Below, piece after piece: positions 1 to 13,536 of a DNA stretch of 64,000 nucleotides. The stretch's first letter is position 1, and the number at the start of each line of letters is the position of its first letter. Source of the stretch: Mobula hypostoma. Taxonomy: Eukaryota. The notes beneath the pieces are model-generated. The model saw nothing but the letters and a program-made list of their open reading frames with translations, did not search any database and was not told the origin of the DNA. The translations under genes were made by a program, and so were the position numbers. The stretch is taken from positions 17,114,001 through 17,178,000 of the forward strand of contig NC_086118.1 in NCBI RefSeq assembly GCF_963921235.1. The letters run 5' to 3'.

Positions 1-3000
1 AAGCCCTGGCTAAAAAGTAAAAGCACGTGATGTTAAGATACTGTTATTGTCATGGGAGATCTAAATGCTAAAGTAGGACAAGGTGCTGATGGAAATACCA
101 TAGGAAAATTTGGACTAGAGGAAAGAAATGAAAGAGGCAAGAAATCAGTAGACTGGTGCAAGATGAATAATCAGGTCATTATGAATACCTACTTTAAAAA
201 CCATCCAAGACACTTGTGGACCTGGAAAAGTCCAGGTGATAGCACCAGAAATCAAATTGACTTTATTACTAAAACCCAAAGATTTAAAAACTCGGTGACT
301 CAATGCAGAACATATCCAGGTGCAGACTGTAATAGTGGACCATAACCCAGTATTATGTCATGTAAAAGTAAAACTTAAAAAACTAAAGAAGCAAAAACCC
401 GAACAATCCCTTGATTACTCGCAATTAATTAAAGAAGAAAACTTAAGACAAAAATTTACAATTGAAGTAAGGAATAGATTTCAAAGTCTAGAAATAGAAT
501 CTGTTGAAGAAGATAGTAATCATGTAGAAATGAAGTTTAACTCTCTGAAGGATGCCTTGGTAGGATCAGCAAAGTCCGTGATTCCTTAAAAAGAAAAAAG
601 CACAAAGAATAAATGGATGACAGATGAAATCAAAAATCTAATGGAAGAAAGGAAACTGAAGAAAGCAAATCCTATGGAATATAAGTCTTTAGATAAAAAA
701 GTTAAAAGCTTATGTCAAAAAGCCAAAGATGAATGGTTAAACCAGGAATGTGAGCAACTAGAAAGAATCCCTATTACTGATCCAAAAAGGGTACATCAAC
801 AAATCAAGAATATCACTGGTAAAAAGCTCCTCTGTTCTTCAGGTGGATGTTTGAAAGCAAAGGACGGTACCCTTATCATGGAAAAAGATGAGATTATGAA
901 CAGATGGACTGAGCATATTCAGGAATTGTTTGAAGACGATCGAGGCGAGAAACCAGAAATTAAGAAGGACATTGAAGGTCCAAGTATTTTAAAATCTGAA
1001 GTTCGTAATGGAATAAATAAGATGAAGTAAAGAAAGGCAGCAGGTCCTGATGAATTAGTAATAGAACAAATTATCACCCTTTAAGATTATGGTGTTACGT
1101 AGCCCGTAACTGGATTGCCAAACCAGCAGAAATGGACCACTCAGTTGGAGTCTGGATTACTGGAACTAAGAAAGTTTTATTAAAGAAATAAGCAACATAG
1201 TACTCTAATAGTGAGGATATAAATGCAACAGGTTAGCAATGAATAAACACACATGTACACAGAACTAGGATAACAGGGTCAATCAGCTCTATCGCAGTCT
1301 AGGGGTAAAATGTTCAATCACAAGTGACAGACTTCAGTTTAGTTCAGTTCGCAGTAATCACCGTCGTGCCGTTGGGGAGAGAGAGAACGAATGAATATGC
1401 AAATCGGATTCCAAACAGACCTTTGATATTCCTTGCAGTTAACTTTCGGGCGAGCCCTTTGTAATGTCTTCTGAGGTCACCGACTGTGACCCCTCCATTC
1501 CAGACACGATCGTTCTTCAGCAGTGAACCCGACACCCACGCAAGGGCGGACACACACCAGGTTCCTGCCGACTGTATCTTTCCACCCTGTGCGTCTATGG
1601 CTGGTCCCGCGACCAGACCTCCAAAACTCCCACCGACTTGTGGGGGCGCACCTCTTCCAGGGTCTCGTTACCTCGTGGTGTCGTATGTGTCTTAGAGAAC
1701 CTGCCCCATTTTATCCCCCTGCTGGTGTATCGCCTGTCCATCACACTTCAGACAGTTCAGGGTTCAAAAGGAGCCGGTCTTGACGATATTCAGACCGGTG
1801 TCTCCTTCCGTTAAACTCTCTCGTCTCTTCATTAACGTTTCCAAATGCTGCTCCATTGTCTTACTTATCTCTCTCTCCTGAAGACAGGTGGCAGATCAAC
1901 TGTTGATCCCACTGGTGCTAGCACAGGACAGTTAACATCTTAGTCTATGTGTACTTTTGTAACCCTCTTTCGTCACAATGGAATTAAAAAACTTAGTGAT
2001 TTAATCAATTATATTTATGAGACTGGAATAATACCAGAAGAGATGGAAAAAAAATCAGTATTTAATCACTCTTCCAAAGAAAACTGGAGCAATAGCATGT
2101 GAATTACATAGGACCATAAGTTTAATGAGTCATATCACTAAACTTCTAAGAATTTTGATGACAAGAGTTAAAAGTAAGATACAAGCTGAAATAGGTAAAG
2201 AACAATGTGCTTTTGTGAAAGACAAAGGTACAAGAAACACGATACTGATGTTAAAGATACTATCAGAACGAGCTATTCAAGTGCAAAGATTTGTTTGTTT
2301 GTTTTATCGACTACACAAAAGCATTTGATAAAGTGAAGCACAATAAGTCATTTGAAATATTACAGGAAACTCTAGATCGAGATTCGAAAGACCTCCGCCT
2401 AATCAGAAATCTGTACTGGGAACAAACTGCCGCTGTAAGAATGGATGGAGAAGTAAGTCAGTTTACGAAAATCAAGAGAGGCATTAGACAAGGGTGTGTT
2501 TTCTCCCCTGATTTATTTAATGTATACAGTGAAACAGTATTACAAAAAATAAGAGACATCTTGGGAATCAAAATTGGCGGTAAAAAAAATCAATAATTTC
2601 AGATATGAGGATGACACGGTGTTAATTGCAAGTACGGAGGAAGAAACACAAAACTTAATTGATATAGTTGTTGAAGAAAGTGCAAAAATGGGTCTATCAA
2701 TCGCAAAAAGACAGAATGTATGGTGATATACAAAAAGAAGGAGAATCCTATCTGCAGGCTGAAAATAAACGGGAAAGACATAAAACAAGTACAGAACTTT
2801 TGCTACTTAGGAAGCTGGTTGACATCAAATGGCTGATGTGACATGGACATCAAAAGAAGAATATGGATGGCAAAAGACACCTTTATGAGAATGAAGAGTA
2901 TACTGACCAACACTAAACTAGGTATGACAACCCACCTCAGAGTACTGAAATGTTACGTTTATCCAGTTATGTTATATGGATCAGAATGTTGGACAATATC

Positions 3001-3360
3001 TAGTAACATGAGGAAACGAATTGAAGCAGCAGAGACATGGTTTTTGAGGAGAATGCAAAGAATATCATGAACGAAACGAATATCTAACGAAGATGTCATG
3101 AACAGAGCAAGCACAAAAAGAGAAATAATGTATAAGATCATGAAAAGGCAACGTAACTTCATTGGACATGTGATTAGGAAAGAGGAGTTAGAATGCACGG
3201 TAATTATGGGAAAGGTTAAGGAAGAAAGCAAGAGGAAGACAAAGACAAATGACGATGGAGACAGCAGCCAATACCAATGAATTGATCCACTTGACCCGAA
3301 ACAGGAGTTTGTGGGCCATGGCAGTCAAAGCTCAATCTGGGCACGGGACCTGATGTTGAT
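1..3360 (+). mobile_element. RTE-clade non-LTR retrotransposon (APE endonuclease + reverse transcriptase), decayed, 5' end outside window, interrupted by a solo LTR
   Basis: ORF fragments show APE motifs (MGDLNAKVG, TWKSPG..RNQIDFI) and RT motifs (KAAGPD, FIDYTKAFDKV, RGIRQGCVFSP, RYEDD for YADD), then an RTE-type C-terminus (YGSECWT, FIGHVIR). Many stops and frameshifts. Confidence 0.9.
1093..1977 (-). mobile_element. Solo LTR (Gypsy/ERV-like) inserted in the RTE element
   Basis: Termini TGTTACG...CGTCACA; 4-bp TSD ATGG (1089-1092, 1978-1981); RTE coding sequence resumes across the junction; AATAAA on the minus strand near 1175. Confidence 0.85.
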
Positions 3361-3369
3361 AATGCTGAC

Positions 3370-4198
3370 ATAATGTCTGCAAAGATTTAGTCACTTAAAA
3401 GATATTGTAAAAAATTGTGGAGAAGCTCTTGTGGTCTTATGAAACTAAAGTGGAACATTTTAGCCTTAACACTAAGTGATAGGTGTGGTATAAATCCAAT
3501 ACTGCACAACTGCCAAGTAACACCATCCCTAATATAAAGTATAGTCAGGGTAGCATCATTCCATCGGGATGGTTTTCAGCAGCAGGGACTGCAAGATGAA
3601 TGCTGCTAAATACAGAGAGATAGATCCTGGATAAAAACCTATTAGCCTCAGCCAGAAAGCTTAAACTGAGGAGAACTGCGGCACCATGACCCAAAACACA
3701 CAGCCGGAGCAACCATGGAGTGTCTTCAAACGAAGAAAAGCAATGTCTTTAAATGGACCGGTCAGAGTCCTGACCTTTACCCAATCGAACATCTCTGGCA
3801 AGACCTTAAGATTGTTGGACACCAGCACTCCCCAGCTAACCTGACACAGTTACAGCAATTTTGCAAGGAGGAATGGGAAACTCTTGCTCCGTCACGTTGT
3901 GCATAGTTAACTGAGACTTAGCCAAAAATACTACTGGCTGTAGTAGCTGCAACAGGTGGTTCAACTAGGTATTGAGCAAAGGGGGCGGGGGGGGGTAAAT
4001 ACTTTTGAACAGCTGACATTTCAGGTTTTGAATTTTTAGTTTTCCATGCTTTAGAATGTTTCTGGGCTATACTGTGAAAAAAGGAGCATGTGATACACAA
4101 ATAAAAAATTCTCAGTTTAATTGATCAAAATCTCTGGTTGAAATACTCATTTATGTGAACTGAGGGTCAGGGGCTGAATACTTTTACAAGGCTCTGTA
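3370..4198 (+). mobile_element. Tc1/mariner DNA transposon, 3' remnant
   Basis: ORF 3715-3906 WTGQSPDLYPIEHLW matches the Tc1 WPSQSPDLNPIE motif; ends in Tc1-like TIR GCTGAATACTTTTACAAGGCTCTG followed by TA. Confidence 0.8.
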
Positions 4199-4209
4199 AA
4201 TGGAAGGTA

Positions 4210-4830
4210 GCTTTGTTACATGGTTCCTGCATTAACCTTATTAAGTGCTACAAGATCTTTGTATGTTTCAATGAGATCTTAACACACTCTTCCTGATTCA
4301 AAACAGGATAAGCCTAGATAGATTAATCCTCTTTCCTCAGCTTTGAACCAGTTTTGTACACCTTCTGCCATAAATCTCTTTCCTTTCAACAGAATAATAC
4401 TGTACACAGTATACCAGATAAAGCTCCTCCCTGCACATATATAATTGCATTAATACATTCAAACTTTTGTATCCAAACTTTCTTATAAAATTGACGAATA
4501 CACCACATGCCATTCTAATTGCTTGCTGTACATTTGTGTCAATTTTCAAAGCTCACAAACAAAGTCATCCAGGTCTCTCTAAACAAAGACAACTTTCATC
4601 ATTTATATATTAGTGTTCTTTTCTTCTACTAATGTGAGTGACCTTATATTTTTTAAAAATATATTCCATCTGCCAGGACATTGCCCTTTCACTTCACCTG
4701 AAACATAATGCAATGACCAACATTGCCACCCGGCTTTGTATTATCAGCAAATTAAACACACTTGGTCACTCAATTAATCTAGATTGTGAATCCCAGAACT
4801 GATCACTGTGGCAATCCAACAAAGAGCAAG
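4210..4830 (-). mobile_element. Highly decayed CR1-type LINE ORF2 fragment
   Basis: Minus ORF 4337-4549 (LMQLY..LYLVYCVQY) resembles the CR1 C-terminal LYK.LVRP.LEYCVQF motif. Confidence 0.5.
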
Positions 4831-5074
4831 AACTGTTGATTTTCCTCTTCTTTTAAATCCCAGAATAATACTTCATGCATGCACATGTTAAACCTATAAT
4901 CATACCTTTTTCATCTTTATGACTTCCTTGAAATTAACCTGATTAGGGATTAAATATCAGGCACTACATGGATAGCAACCATTAATACAAACAGGAGCCA
5001 GTCTTCATGTAAAGTCTGTTCATGATATAACTTCCACTGACACTTTAATTTATTTATTTATTTTATTTATTGAT

Positions 5075-5290
5075 ATACAGCATGGAATTGGCCTTTCTAG
5101 ACTCTTGAGCCACACCGCCCAGCAATCCCCCAATTTAATCCTAGCTTAATCACTGGACAATTTACAATGACCAATTAACCTACCAGCCAGCATGTTTTTG
5201 GACTGTGGGAAGAAACCGGAGCACCCGGAGGAAACGCGCATGATCACGGGGAGAACGTACGAACTCCTTATAGGCAGCAGTGGAAAGAAG
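5075..5290 (-). repeat. V-SINE/HE1-like SINE
   Basis: GGAAGAAACCGGAGCACCCGGAGGAAAC...GGGGAGAACGTACGAACTCC is the reverse complement of the V-SINE core; second copy at about 29620-29935. Confidence 0.65.
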
Positions 5291-5344
5291 TTTAAGGACA
5301 ATGAAATGAAAATGTGATACTCTGATTTATTATTGCAAAGTATT

Positions 5345-5425
5345 GGATTAGATTAGATTATGAGGACACGCAATCCTCTTTTATTGTCATTTAGTAATGC
5401 ATGCATTAAGAAATGATACAATGAT
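5345..5425 (-). repeat. 3' tail of a LINE ending in (CTAAT)n
   Basis: Reverse-complement match to 42640-42718 (CATTGTATCATTTCTT..TGCATGCATTACTAAATGACAATAAAAGAG..CTCATAATCTAATCTAAT). Confidence 0.6.
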
Positions 5426-5677
5426 ATAATAGATGGATGTTTATAATAATCAAGCCCACTTTGAAACTCCCAAGATGAATTTATTCAGAACATCCTGTCA
5501 CTTAATGAATAATTAAAGACATATTCCTATTGATCAATTCTCAGGTGTCTGTACACCTGTCCCTCAATACCATGATAAAAGAAATATGCTTTGAGTGCTC
5601 AGAAGCCTTCAAACTGCACCACAGGTATTTCAATATTCTGAGATGTCTCGTCACTTGAGCTGTATTCCCATTGTGAA

Positions 5678-6077
5678 TATCCATTCAAGGCCAATTTATT
5701 AGGTACGGGACCAGAACCTGATGTGGTCTTCAGCGTCTGTAGACCATCCACTTTAAGGTCTGTCGTGCTGTGCATGCAGACATGTTCTTCTGCACACCTC
5801 TGTTGTAACGCATGGTTATTTGAGCTAATGCCACCTTCCTTCCTGCTTGAACCTGTCTGGCTGTTTTCTCCCCATCTGGCACTAACAATCAATTCATGGT
5901 CAAAGTTACTTAGATCACATTCCTTCACCATTCTGATGTTTGGTCTGAACAACAACTGAACCTCTTGACCATATCTGCATGCTTTTATGCATTGAGCTGT
6001 TGCCACACAATTGGCTGATCAAATATTTACATTAATGAGGTGTACAGGTGTCCCTAATAAAGTGTCCTCTGACTGTA
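5678..6077 (-). mobile_element. Internally deleted Tc1-like element
   Basis: Imperfect TIRs (GGCCAATTTATTAGGTAC / GTCCCTAATAAAGTGTCC..CTGTA); minus ORF MVKECDLSNFDHELIVSAR resembles the Tc1 transposase N-terminus (DLSDFERG.IVGAR). Confidence 0.65.
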
Positions 6078-8089
6078 CTTCTGCAAACTGTGTAAATATT
6101 ATATTCAAAAGCTGCAACAGCACATAATTTGAAACAAAAAAAATCAAGAACATAATTACAATATTGAGATTCAGTGCTTGCAAATGAATGTCATTTGGAC
6201 TACATACTTCCTTAATCAGACGTTTCTACAATTATCAATCTGCCACTATAAGAAACAATGCACATGTCAGCTCAAAACAAGATGACAGATAGACTTAAAG
6301 TGCAAGGTTAGTATATTTTCCCGCTGAACTCACACTGCTCTTGTCTAATTCCATACCAACTTTGTACATCCATAATTTCTTGGATACAAATGCTCAATAA
6401 CATGCTGGCATTTTTCTTCTACTGCTTATGCATGCTTGTCATTTGGGTGGGACACAATAAAATCACTGGAAGTATTTTTGGTGTCGGTAATATAAAGCAT
6501 CTGGGAGCCCTCAGCACTGCAACCCAGATCTGACTGATAATACTGCTCATGCACAGGTTATTTCAAAAAACACTTCAGATAAAGTCCAGTAAATCAGCAT
6601 GTGGTTAAATCCCAAGCACAAGTTACAAGGAAGTCACACATTACCAGAATTACCATTATCATCATCCATTTACAGAATTGTATCTATATAAAAATATAAA
6701 TGATGGAATAACACATAGTGATATGGTGAACTCATCGGTTTCCTTCTTTCGCGTCATTATTTAACTCTTCCAGAAGAATCACTCTTAGGATAGGCACAGA
6801 ACCAGGGAACAAATTCACCCAATCGTCAATAAAAGTACAGTTACTTTTAAGGGAGAAAATTTGTTCAAGATTATCAGAGCACTTTGAGGATTGGCAAGAA
6901 CACTATTTTAAAACACAAAAAACTGATGGTTGTCAGGAGTAGTGGTGGTTGATATGATAGCGGTATTTAAGTACGTAGCTGTTAGACGCATGCATAAGCA
7001 GGGAATTTATCATGTACAGGAAATATAGATTTAGATTAATCTGGCACAGACATTGTGGGCTAATGGGACGGTTCTTGTGCTGTACTATGTTTTTTTCTTC
7101 TACAAAGCTGGGGAGAAGGATCGGCACATTACCATACTGTAAAGTTATGTTTTCGATAGATTTTGTCTCATTAGATGTGGCCACGGTGGCTAAAGTTCAA
7201 CTTCCATGATCATAATACTATGATAAAATCCAACACAAATGTTACATCAGCAAAGTTTCAACAGGTTCTTCACACTTCCAATTATTGCCATGCTGTAGAT
7301 CGGTTCTGTGGGGAACCTGATAATGATTTGTATATTCCTGTCAAATTGCAATTGGTTTGAGAGTCTAGGCTTCCCAGGATCCCAGCATATATTTTCAGAT
7401 TTAGTAAACAAAATTCAGAATATCTTTCTGACAATATTGCTATTTAGGGACAATGCTGTACAAAGATCATTGTAATGTGAGCTAGGATTTCTCATTTGAG
7501 GTAATGTTGGTAATTGTAAATAGCTGAATTGTTGCACAGCTGGTTTCCACTACAGTCATATTCCAAGCTAACACAGAAACAAGAATGAAAAAAAAATTCA
7601 AATCACAGTAGGCATTTATGGTGGGGTTAAAGGTATAGGGTATTTCAGGGCAATGATACACAGCTGATTTCCAGAAATTAAGGATCAAGAATCCAGTAGA
7701 AAATGTGACAGTCTGGTAACTCAGTAAAATGACATACTTTTATGTATATAAGGAGACAATGACAGTTCAGCAGGCTAGGAAGATCTTGTGATTAACTGTA
7801 AAAATTAAAGATCGCACGGAACAAACAACAATGCGTATCATTGCACAGAGATGGTAGGATGGAAAATTGGAGAATAATAAAAGCCAAAAAATAATAATGA
7901 AAGAAAAATTGAGCAAGACAAAGCTAATCAGAAATGTATCAAAACAATTGCAAGTATTTCCAGAGATATTTGAAATGGTTAATAAAGTCACACTGAGAGG
8001 GGATGAGTAACAGAAAACAAGGTCGCAGTTAAATGAAACAGATATTTTGCATGAGAGGATGCAACTAACAGTACAGGGATAGTTTTAAG

Positions 8090-8830
8090 CCTAGAACTGG
8101 AAGGAAGAAACAGCTCGGAAAATTGCAATTTCCAGGAAAATTGTCCCAGACAGACTCTTGGAATTATGGGATGAGAAGTTTCCATATTCTCCTGGGTTAA
8201 AGTGTTAAGAGAAGAAGTTAATGTGGTGACTTTTTAAATGAATCCAGGGTTCAGGAAGGTTCTTTTGAAATAAAAACAATCAAAAGTAAAGCAGTGAAGT
8301 AGGAAACTGGAGGCCAACTAGTTTAACATCTGCTATTGGAAAATTTTGGAAGAAAATTAAAGATTTTACATCAATGCAATTAGAAAAAATTAAGATAATC
8401 AGGATACATCAACATGATTTTTAAAAAGACAAACAATAAACTTCTTTGAAGAAGTAACGTGTCATGGAAAAAGGCAAACTTGCAGATGTAAAGTGCTTAA
8501 ACTTCCAGAGCGCATTGATAAGATGCTATGTCATTAATTATTGCAAAAAATAAAGTTCATGCTGTGGGACATGACATAGTATCAGTGTTATAAGCTGACT
8601 CGCTCATGGATAGCAGGGTATATACAAACGTGCCTTTTTCTGGTTGTCTAGATACAACTGACATTGGAGCCTTAATTTTAGAATTAATGTAAATATATTT
8701 AATGACCTCACCAATGTATGATTATTAAATTTAATCATACAAAGATAGGTTGAAAAGTTAGTTATGAAATTGACATAATAAGGCTATAGGAGAGATGTGG
8801 ATAGAATGCAGGTAGACAAAGTAATAGTGT
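8090..8830 (+). mobile_element. Old CR1-type LINE RT fragment
   Basis: Decayed coding remnants resembling CR1 RT (QHGF, LDFQ.AFDK-like AACTTCCAGAGCGCATTGATAAG). Confidence 0.45.
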
Positions 8831-8843
8831 GACAGATATTCAC

Positions 8844-8891
8844 CTCTTCGTTGTTTGCTAATGTTGGCTTTCTAAACGCAGCAGCTGCCAC
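8844..8891 (-). CDS. Candidate 48-bp host micro-exon (VAAAAFRKPTLANNEE)
   Basis: Minus strand tcttacAG|GTGGCAGCT...GAAGAG|GTgaat; length a multiple of 3; only one open frame; not repeat-like. Confidence 0.35.
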
Positions 8892-9249
8892 CTGTAAGAT
8901 CACATACAATTGTAAGTAAACTTCCAACTAATGTTGCTTTCTCTAGTACCTGGTCATAAACAGAAGTCATTCTTGACTTCCCAGAATGTAAATGATGAGC
9001 AGTAATCAGTCTGAAGTTAAAACAGAGTACTGTCTATACAGTAACTCTGTAAAGAAGCTCTGTCTATGGAGCACCTGCTTTACTGGGGCTCAAGGTGCAG
9101 TTTACGGCAATTTGGTTTATTTTAAAACAAGCTGACTGAATTATTTTAGTCCAAGAACCAGATGAATAGCATCATTTAGCACATCAAATAACCGATCTAT
9201 TCATGTTGAAAGGTATATGTACTCAAAGAAGTTAGCTTCAGAGCACTTA

Positions 9250-9850
9250 CAGCCTTAGCTGGGACCCATGTGTCCCAGTTGTGTCTAGTCCAGTGATATA
9301 CATATCCCCATCACCCATCCCTTGTGATTGGTTAGTACTCATCCAATCAGGCTTCTGATGTCCACCTTGTTTATCATTGAATTCCAGGTTATACTTAGAG
9401 CGAGACCTTCGTCTTTCGTTAAAATTCAAGGAGCACAGGAGATGTATCCACTTGGGTTACCTGGAGAAATCAGTGGTAGCAGAACATGGCATTCACAATG
9501 GCCATTGACTTCAATGACACAAAACTATGATGCTGTGCCAGTGGGTTTTGGGACTGCCTGGTGAAGGAAGCCATGGAAATAAAACTGGAGAAAAAGAATT
9601 TTAACAAAGAAGTAGGTCTTGCTGTTAAGTAGGAACTACAATTCAATTGTAAACAAGGTGGGAGAGCAGAAACCTAACTGGCTGAGAAATAACTAATCAA
9701 GGGGGCAGATGGATGTTGTGGGTATAAATACCACCAGACTAGTTGTGTCTAGGCATTATCCTTGATGAAGATGGCAGAGTTTGTCATTGAAATGTCAGTT
9801 AAAATCAATACTTGTACCTGGCCGGTAGCCCGAGAAGAGTTTATTCATAG
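9250..9850 (+). mobile_element. Penelope-like element 3' end (Poseidon-like) with upstream inverted copy
   Basis: GIY-YIG C-terminal remnant (DCLVKEAMEIK) near 9550; 9270-9372 is an inverted copy of about 9651-9750; decayed hammerhead TTGATGA..GAAATGTC at 9762-9796. Confidence 0.7.
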
Positions 9851-11010
9851 ATTATCTAGTGTTATATCTTTCCTAATATACATCTAACTACTTGATCTGA
9901 TTGCTTACTTGTGGGTTCACAGCTGTTGTTGATTAGTCATCATCACATTGTTAAGTCATTAGCTTTCATCATCAGGTTGGCCATTTTATATAATTTGTGC
10001 ATTTCAGTCAGTTAGAAGCAATGTGGTTGGAAGTTGAGGAAGTTTTGATCAGAGTTTGTATCTGCCTTTCATTAGAGCGCCAAGAAGTATTGTCTGTCTT
10101 TTTACACTGGCTCGTTGTGTACTGTAATACATTGGTAAATAATAAAACCACCTTCAGCTATAGCTATGTCAGGACTGGAGTTATCTATCTGTCTAGCTTG
10201 AAAGAAAACAAGGGAAGCTAGGGCAGAATAATGAAAAGAAAACTCTCAACGGTGGTGCCATCCACGGTAGATTTAATATTGACTCTACCAGCTCCTACAT
10301 GACAGAAAGCCAAAATGTCAGCAAAGGAGAAAAACCTTGAAAACAACTCAATATCGGCAATGAAGGAAAGAAGGCTCGAAGCCAGGTCAGTGTATTCAAA
10401 TATCCAGCTAAATCATGGATCATGGAATCTAGCAACAAAGCAGTGCTGGAAGTCCATGGGAGGGCTGAAGTAGTGTATGCAAAGGCATTGTTAGCATAAA
10501 CAGAACCTGACATTAAAGTGAGACAGGCTGAATAAAACGTAGAGAAAACCTGCCTGGAAGCCATGTTAAAGGCACTATAGTAGGAAAAAGAGCCAGAGGC
10601 ACCTTTAGCCAAGGCCAAAGTCTTTGGAGCAACAAGCTGGCAATGTTGATGTTGGATCAAACCCACCATGTCATTCAGCTGAGAGGACTACAAGATATAT
10701 CAAAGACTCGTCTACTTATGCCTATACCCACCCAACAGCCGACACTGACGACTTAAGTCAGACTGAAGTTGGGGCTCCTCTTCCACAGGATAACACCCTG
10801 CAACTCGACATCCTTTACCCAAAACGGGACAGAACAGAGACCAGCTCCCTCAAGGCTTCTGGATAGCATAGCATGACCCAGGTGATGACTCTGCTCAGCC
10901 TCCTGGTAAGGTGCACCTTACTGCAAGAACCCCAAACTAATCATGATGTCAGATCTTGTGAGATTCCTAGCACATTGTGACCTGCTGACAGCTGGACTCA
11001 CTAAATTCAA

Positions 11011-11840
11011 TACGTTTCAATAAGTTCAACAGGTATATTTAATGTCAGAGAAATGTTATACAATATACATCCTGAAATTCTTTCTCTTCGCAAACATCCA
11101 CAAAAACAGAGGGTACACCAAAGAATGACTGACAGTTAAATGTTAGAACCCTAAAGCCCCCCCTGCCCCAGCTCCTCCCTCCCAGGCACAAGCAGAAGCA
11201 AGACAATGACCCCCCTCCCCCACCAGCAAAAAAGTATCAGCATCCCCCACTGAGCACTCAAGTGTGCAGCAAAGCATCAATAAAGACACAGACTTGCAGT
11301 ACTCCAAAGACTACTTGTTCACCCGGTAATTCAGCATACCAGAGGCTTTCTCTCTCCCTAATAGGGGAAAAAGAGATGTCCCCATTTCACAGCGAGAGGG
11401 GAGACATCACAACTCACTGATTTACGGCATTAAAAGTCTGTTGCATCATTTTTCTGAGCTCTGTACCTTTGGGCATACAGCCTACAACAAGCCCGCTGTT
11501 TTCGAACTTCCATGTTCTCCCACGACACATCAGTTGTTGGCGGTGGCGGCACCAGCCTTGAGTCTGCCCGCCTCCAGAGCCACGAAAATCTGGCACCCTG
11601 AAGGCACACTAGTCTTCTAGGATGTGTCCTTAGCATATCAAAAAGAGGCCAGTCGTGAGGCCCTGAGAGTGGGTCCCATTCCCACGAAAAACCAGAGTGT
11701 AACTCCAGGTCAGGGTCTTCAAAAGAATCTTGAAAGGGGTTTAAAAAAATATATATCAAAGATAGAAATAAAGCTGTTTCCGAAGATGTAAGGAAAGGCT
11801 TTGTTGTTTAGCATCATCATCACTCAGCTCCGCCACTCAG
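11011..11840 (-). repeat. Non-autonomous LINE-derived element inserted in BEL gag
   Basis: Interrupts the gag phrase GLTKF|N.KPENYW; the minus strand ends in a LINE-like tail (AATTTCAGGATGTATATTGTAT..ACATTAAATATAC); no long ORF. Confidence 0.55.
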
Positions 11841-12968
11841 GTTTTTCAACAACAAGCCAGAAAATTACTGGGCATGTAAGTCCATATTATCCAATGCCAC
11901 TGAAGACCTCAACCTTAAGCCTAGTGAAAGAACTTGGCCTGCTGGTGAAGAGACTTGGACCCAGGTCTGCTGAGCAAGCAAGAAGATTAAGGTCAGTCCA
12001 CACCAAACACCCAAGTACTGCTCTCAGTTTAGTCTGGCACAGAGTGGAAGAGTGCTACAGATCCATAGAGGCAATGGAGACTGCTCTCTTCGACAAACTT
12101 GAGTCCTTCCCCATGATGTCTAGCAGGGAGCCCCTACATCTGCGAGAGCTAAGAGACCTGTTATTGGAGTTGGAGTCAGCCAAAGCTGAAGGCTACTTTC
12201 ATGGCTTGTCTTAGCTGGACTCTGCATGAGGAATTCGGACCACCTTGGAGAAACCCCCCTTCAGTCAGCAGGAGAAATGGATGTCAGAGGGGACCAGATA
12301 CAAACTGGAAAATGGATGCAGCTTTGCACTCTTCTCCTTTTCTAGTTTCTTCTGGGACGAAACCAAAATGATGAACAATCTCAGCTTTATTGTGACCACC
12401 TCTAGCTCAGCACCACTAAAATCAGTGAAGCCTGTTGGAGGCCCTGTCATGGTACATTAAACTGAGGTGGCGAACACGGTTCAAAACGATGATCCTAACA
12501 AACAGTGCCCTCTACATTGGAAACCATACCCTCTCCGGAAGTGTACAGCCTTCAGGGAGAAACCTCAGGAGGAGCAAAGGCCCATCCTTAAAATGCACTC
12601 CATATGTTTCTGCTGCTGTTCTACCACCCTCCACTGGCTGAGGGACCATAATGCTGTCATCCAGTGTTCTGAATTTGACAGTGACTAACACATTATCGCT
12701 CTTCATGTTGGCCCACCTCCCTGGTCTGTGAAGAATGACACAATACCTCATTACAGCATGGACGGGAGGGAGATGAATCTCCCTCCCCTCCTGTTGCCAT
12801 CTCTTTCTGTACTGAGGTCTGTGGGGAAAACTCTATCAAGAAGTCATGTTCAACGATCTGCCTCATCAATGTTTACCTAGAAGGCCACTGTGTGAAGATG
12901 ATGATGTATGTTGTTTTGGATGATCACAGCAATAAGTCCCTTGCTAAATCATCTTTTTTTTCTCAACA

Positions 12969-13536
12969 TGCAACACCCTACGGTTTCACTGCTAATGTTA
13001 TGGCCTCTCTGTAATGTTTCACTGCTAATGTAATGCTTTCTCTGTAGCAGCAGTGTTTGGGTAAGGACTAGAGATAACGGGTGCTTTGGAATGTGCGCCA
13101 TCCGATGAGAGGTGTGTTGTTTCTTCTTGCATGTCTGAGAGAAGGTATTCATGGTCTTTTGTCATTGAGAGATGAAGAGAGAAGACGCGAGAGGAGAGAG
13201 TTGGTAGACCGCGAGACAGAGTGGACTTGGAGCAAGGGTCCGTGGGTCAGCAACGCTCAGAGGTCAATGAGAAACGAATGGACAGAACCGTGAGCTCCAA
13301 CGTGTATATTAGACTGTTTTATTAAAATGGGCCCTTTTTCTTTTTCTTTTCTTTACTAACCCTGTAGCCAGATTAAGAATTATAAAGCGCAATCGTTTAA
13401 CTGATATTTTGCGGTACAGATTCGTAACCAGGCAACACATCATGCAGCATCCACACAAGCGAGATTTCTCAGTTTGGCGGGGCCAGAAGCCGTCTTCCTC
13501 TAGACAAACGCATGCTGGCCAAACCCAAGGGCTACA
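12969..13536 (+). mobile_element. Solo LTR inserted in the BEL protease region
   Basis: TGCAAC...GCTACA termini; 4-bp TSD AACA (12965-12968, 13537-13540); BEL sequence resumes after it. Confidence 0.8.
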
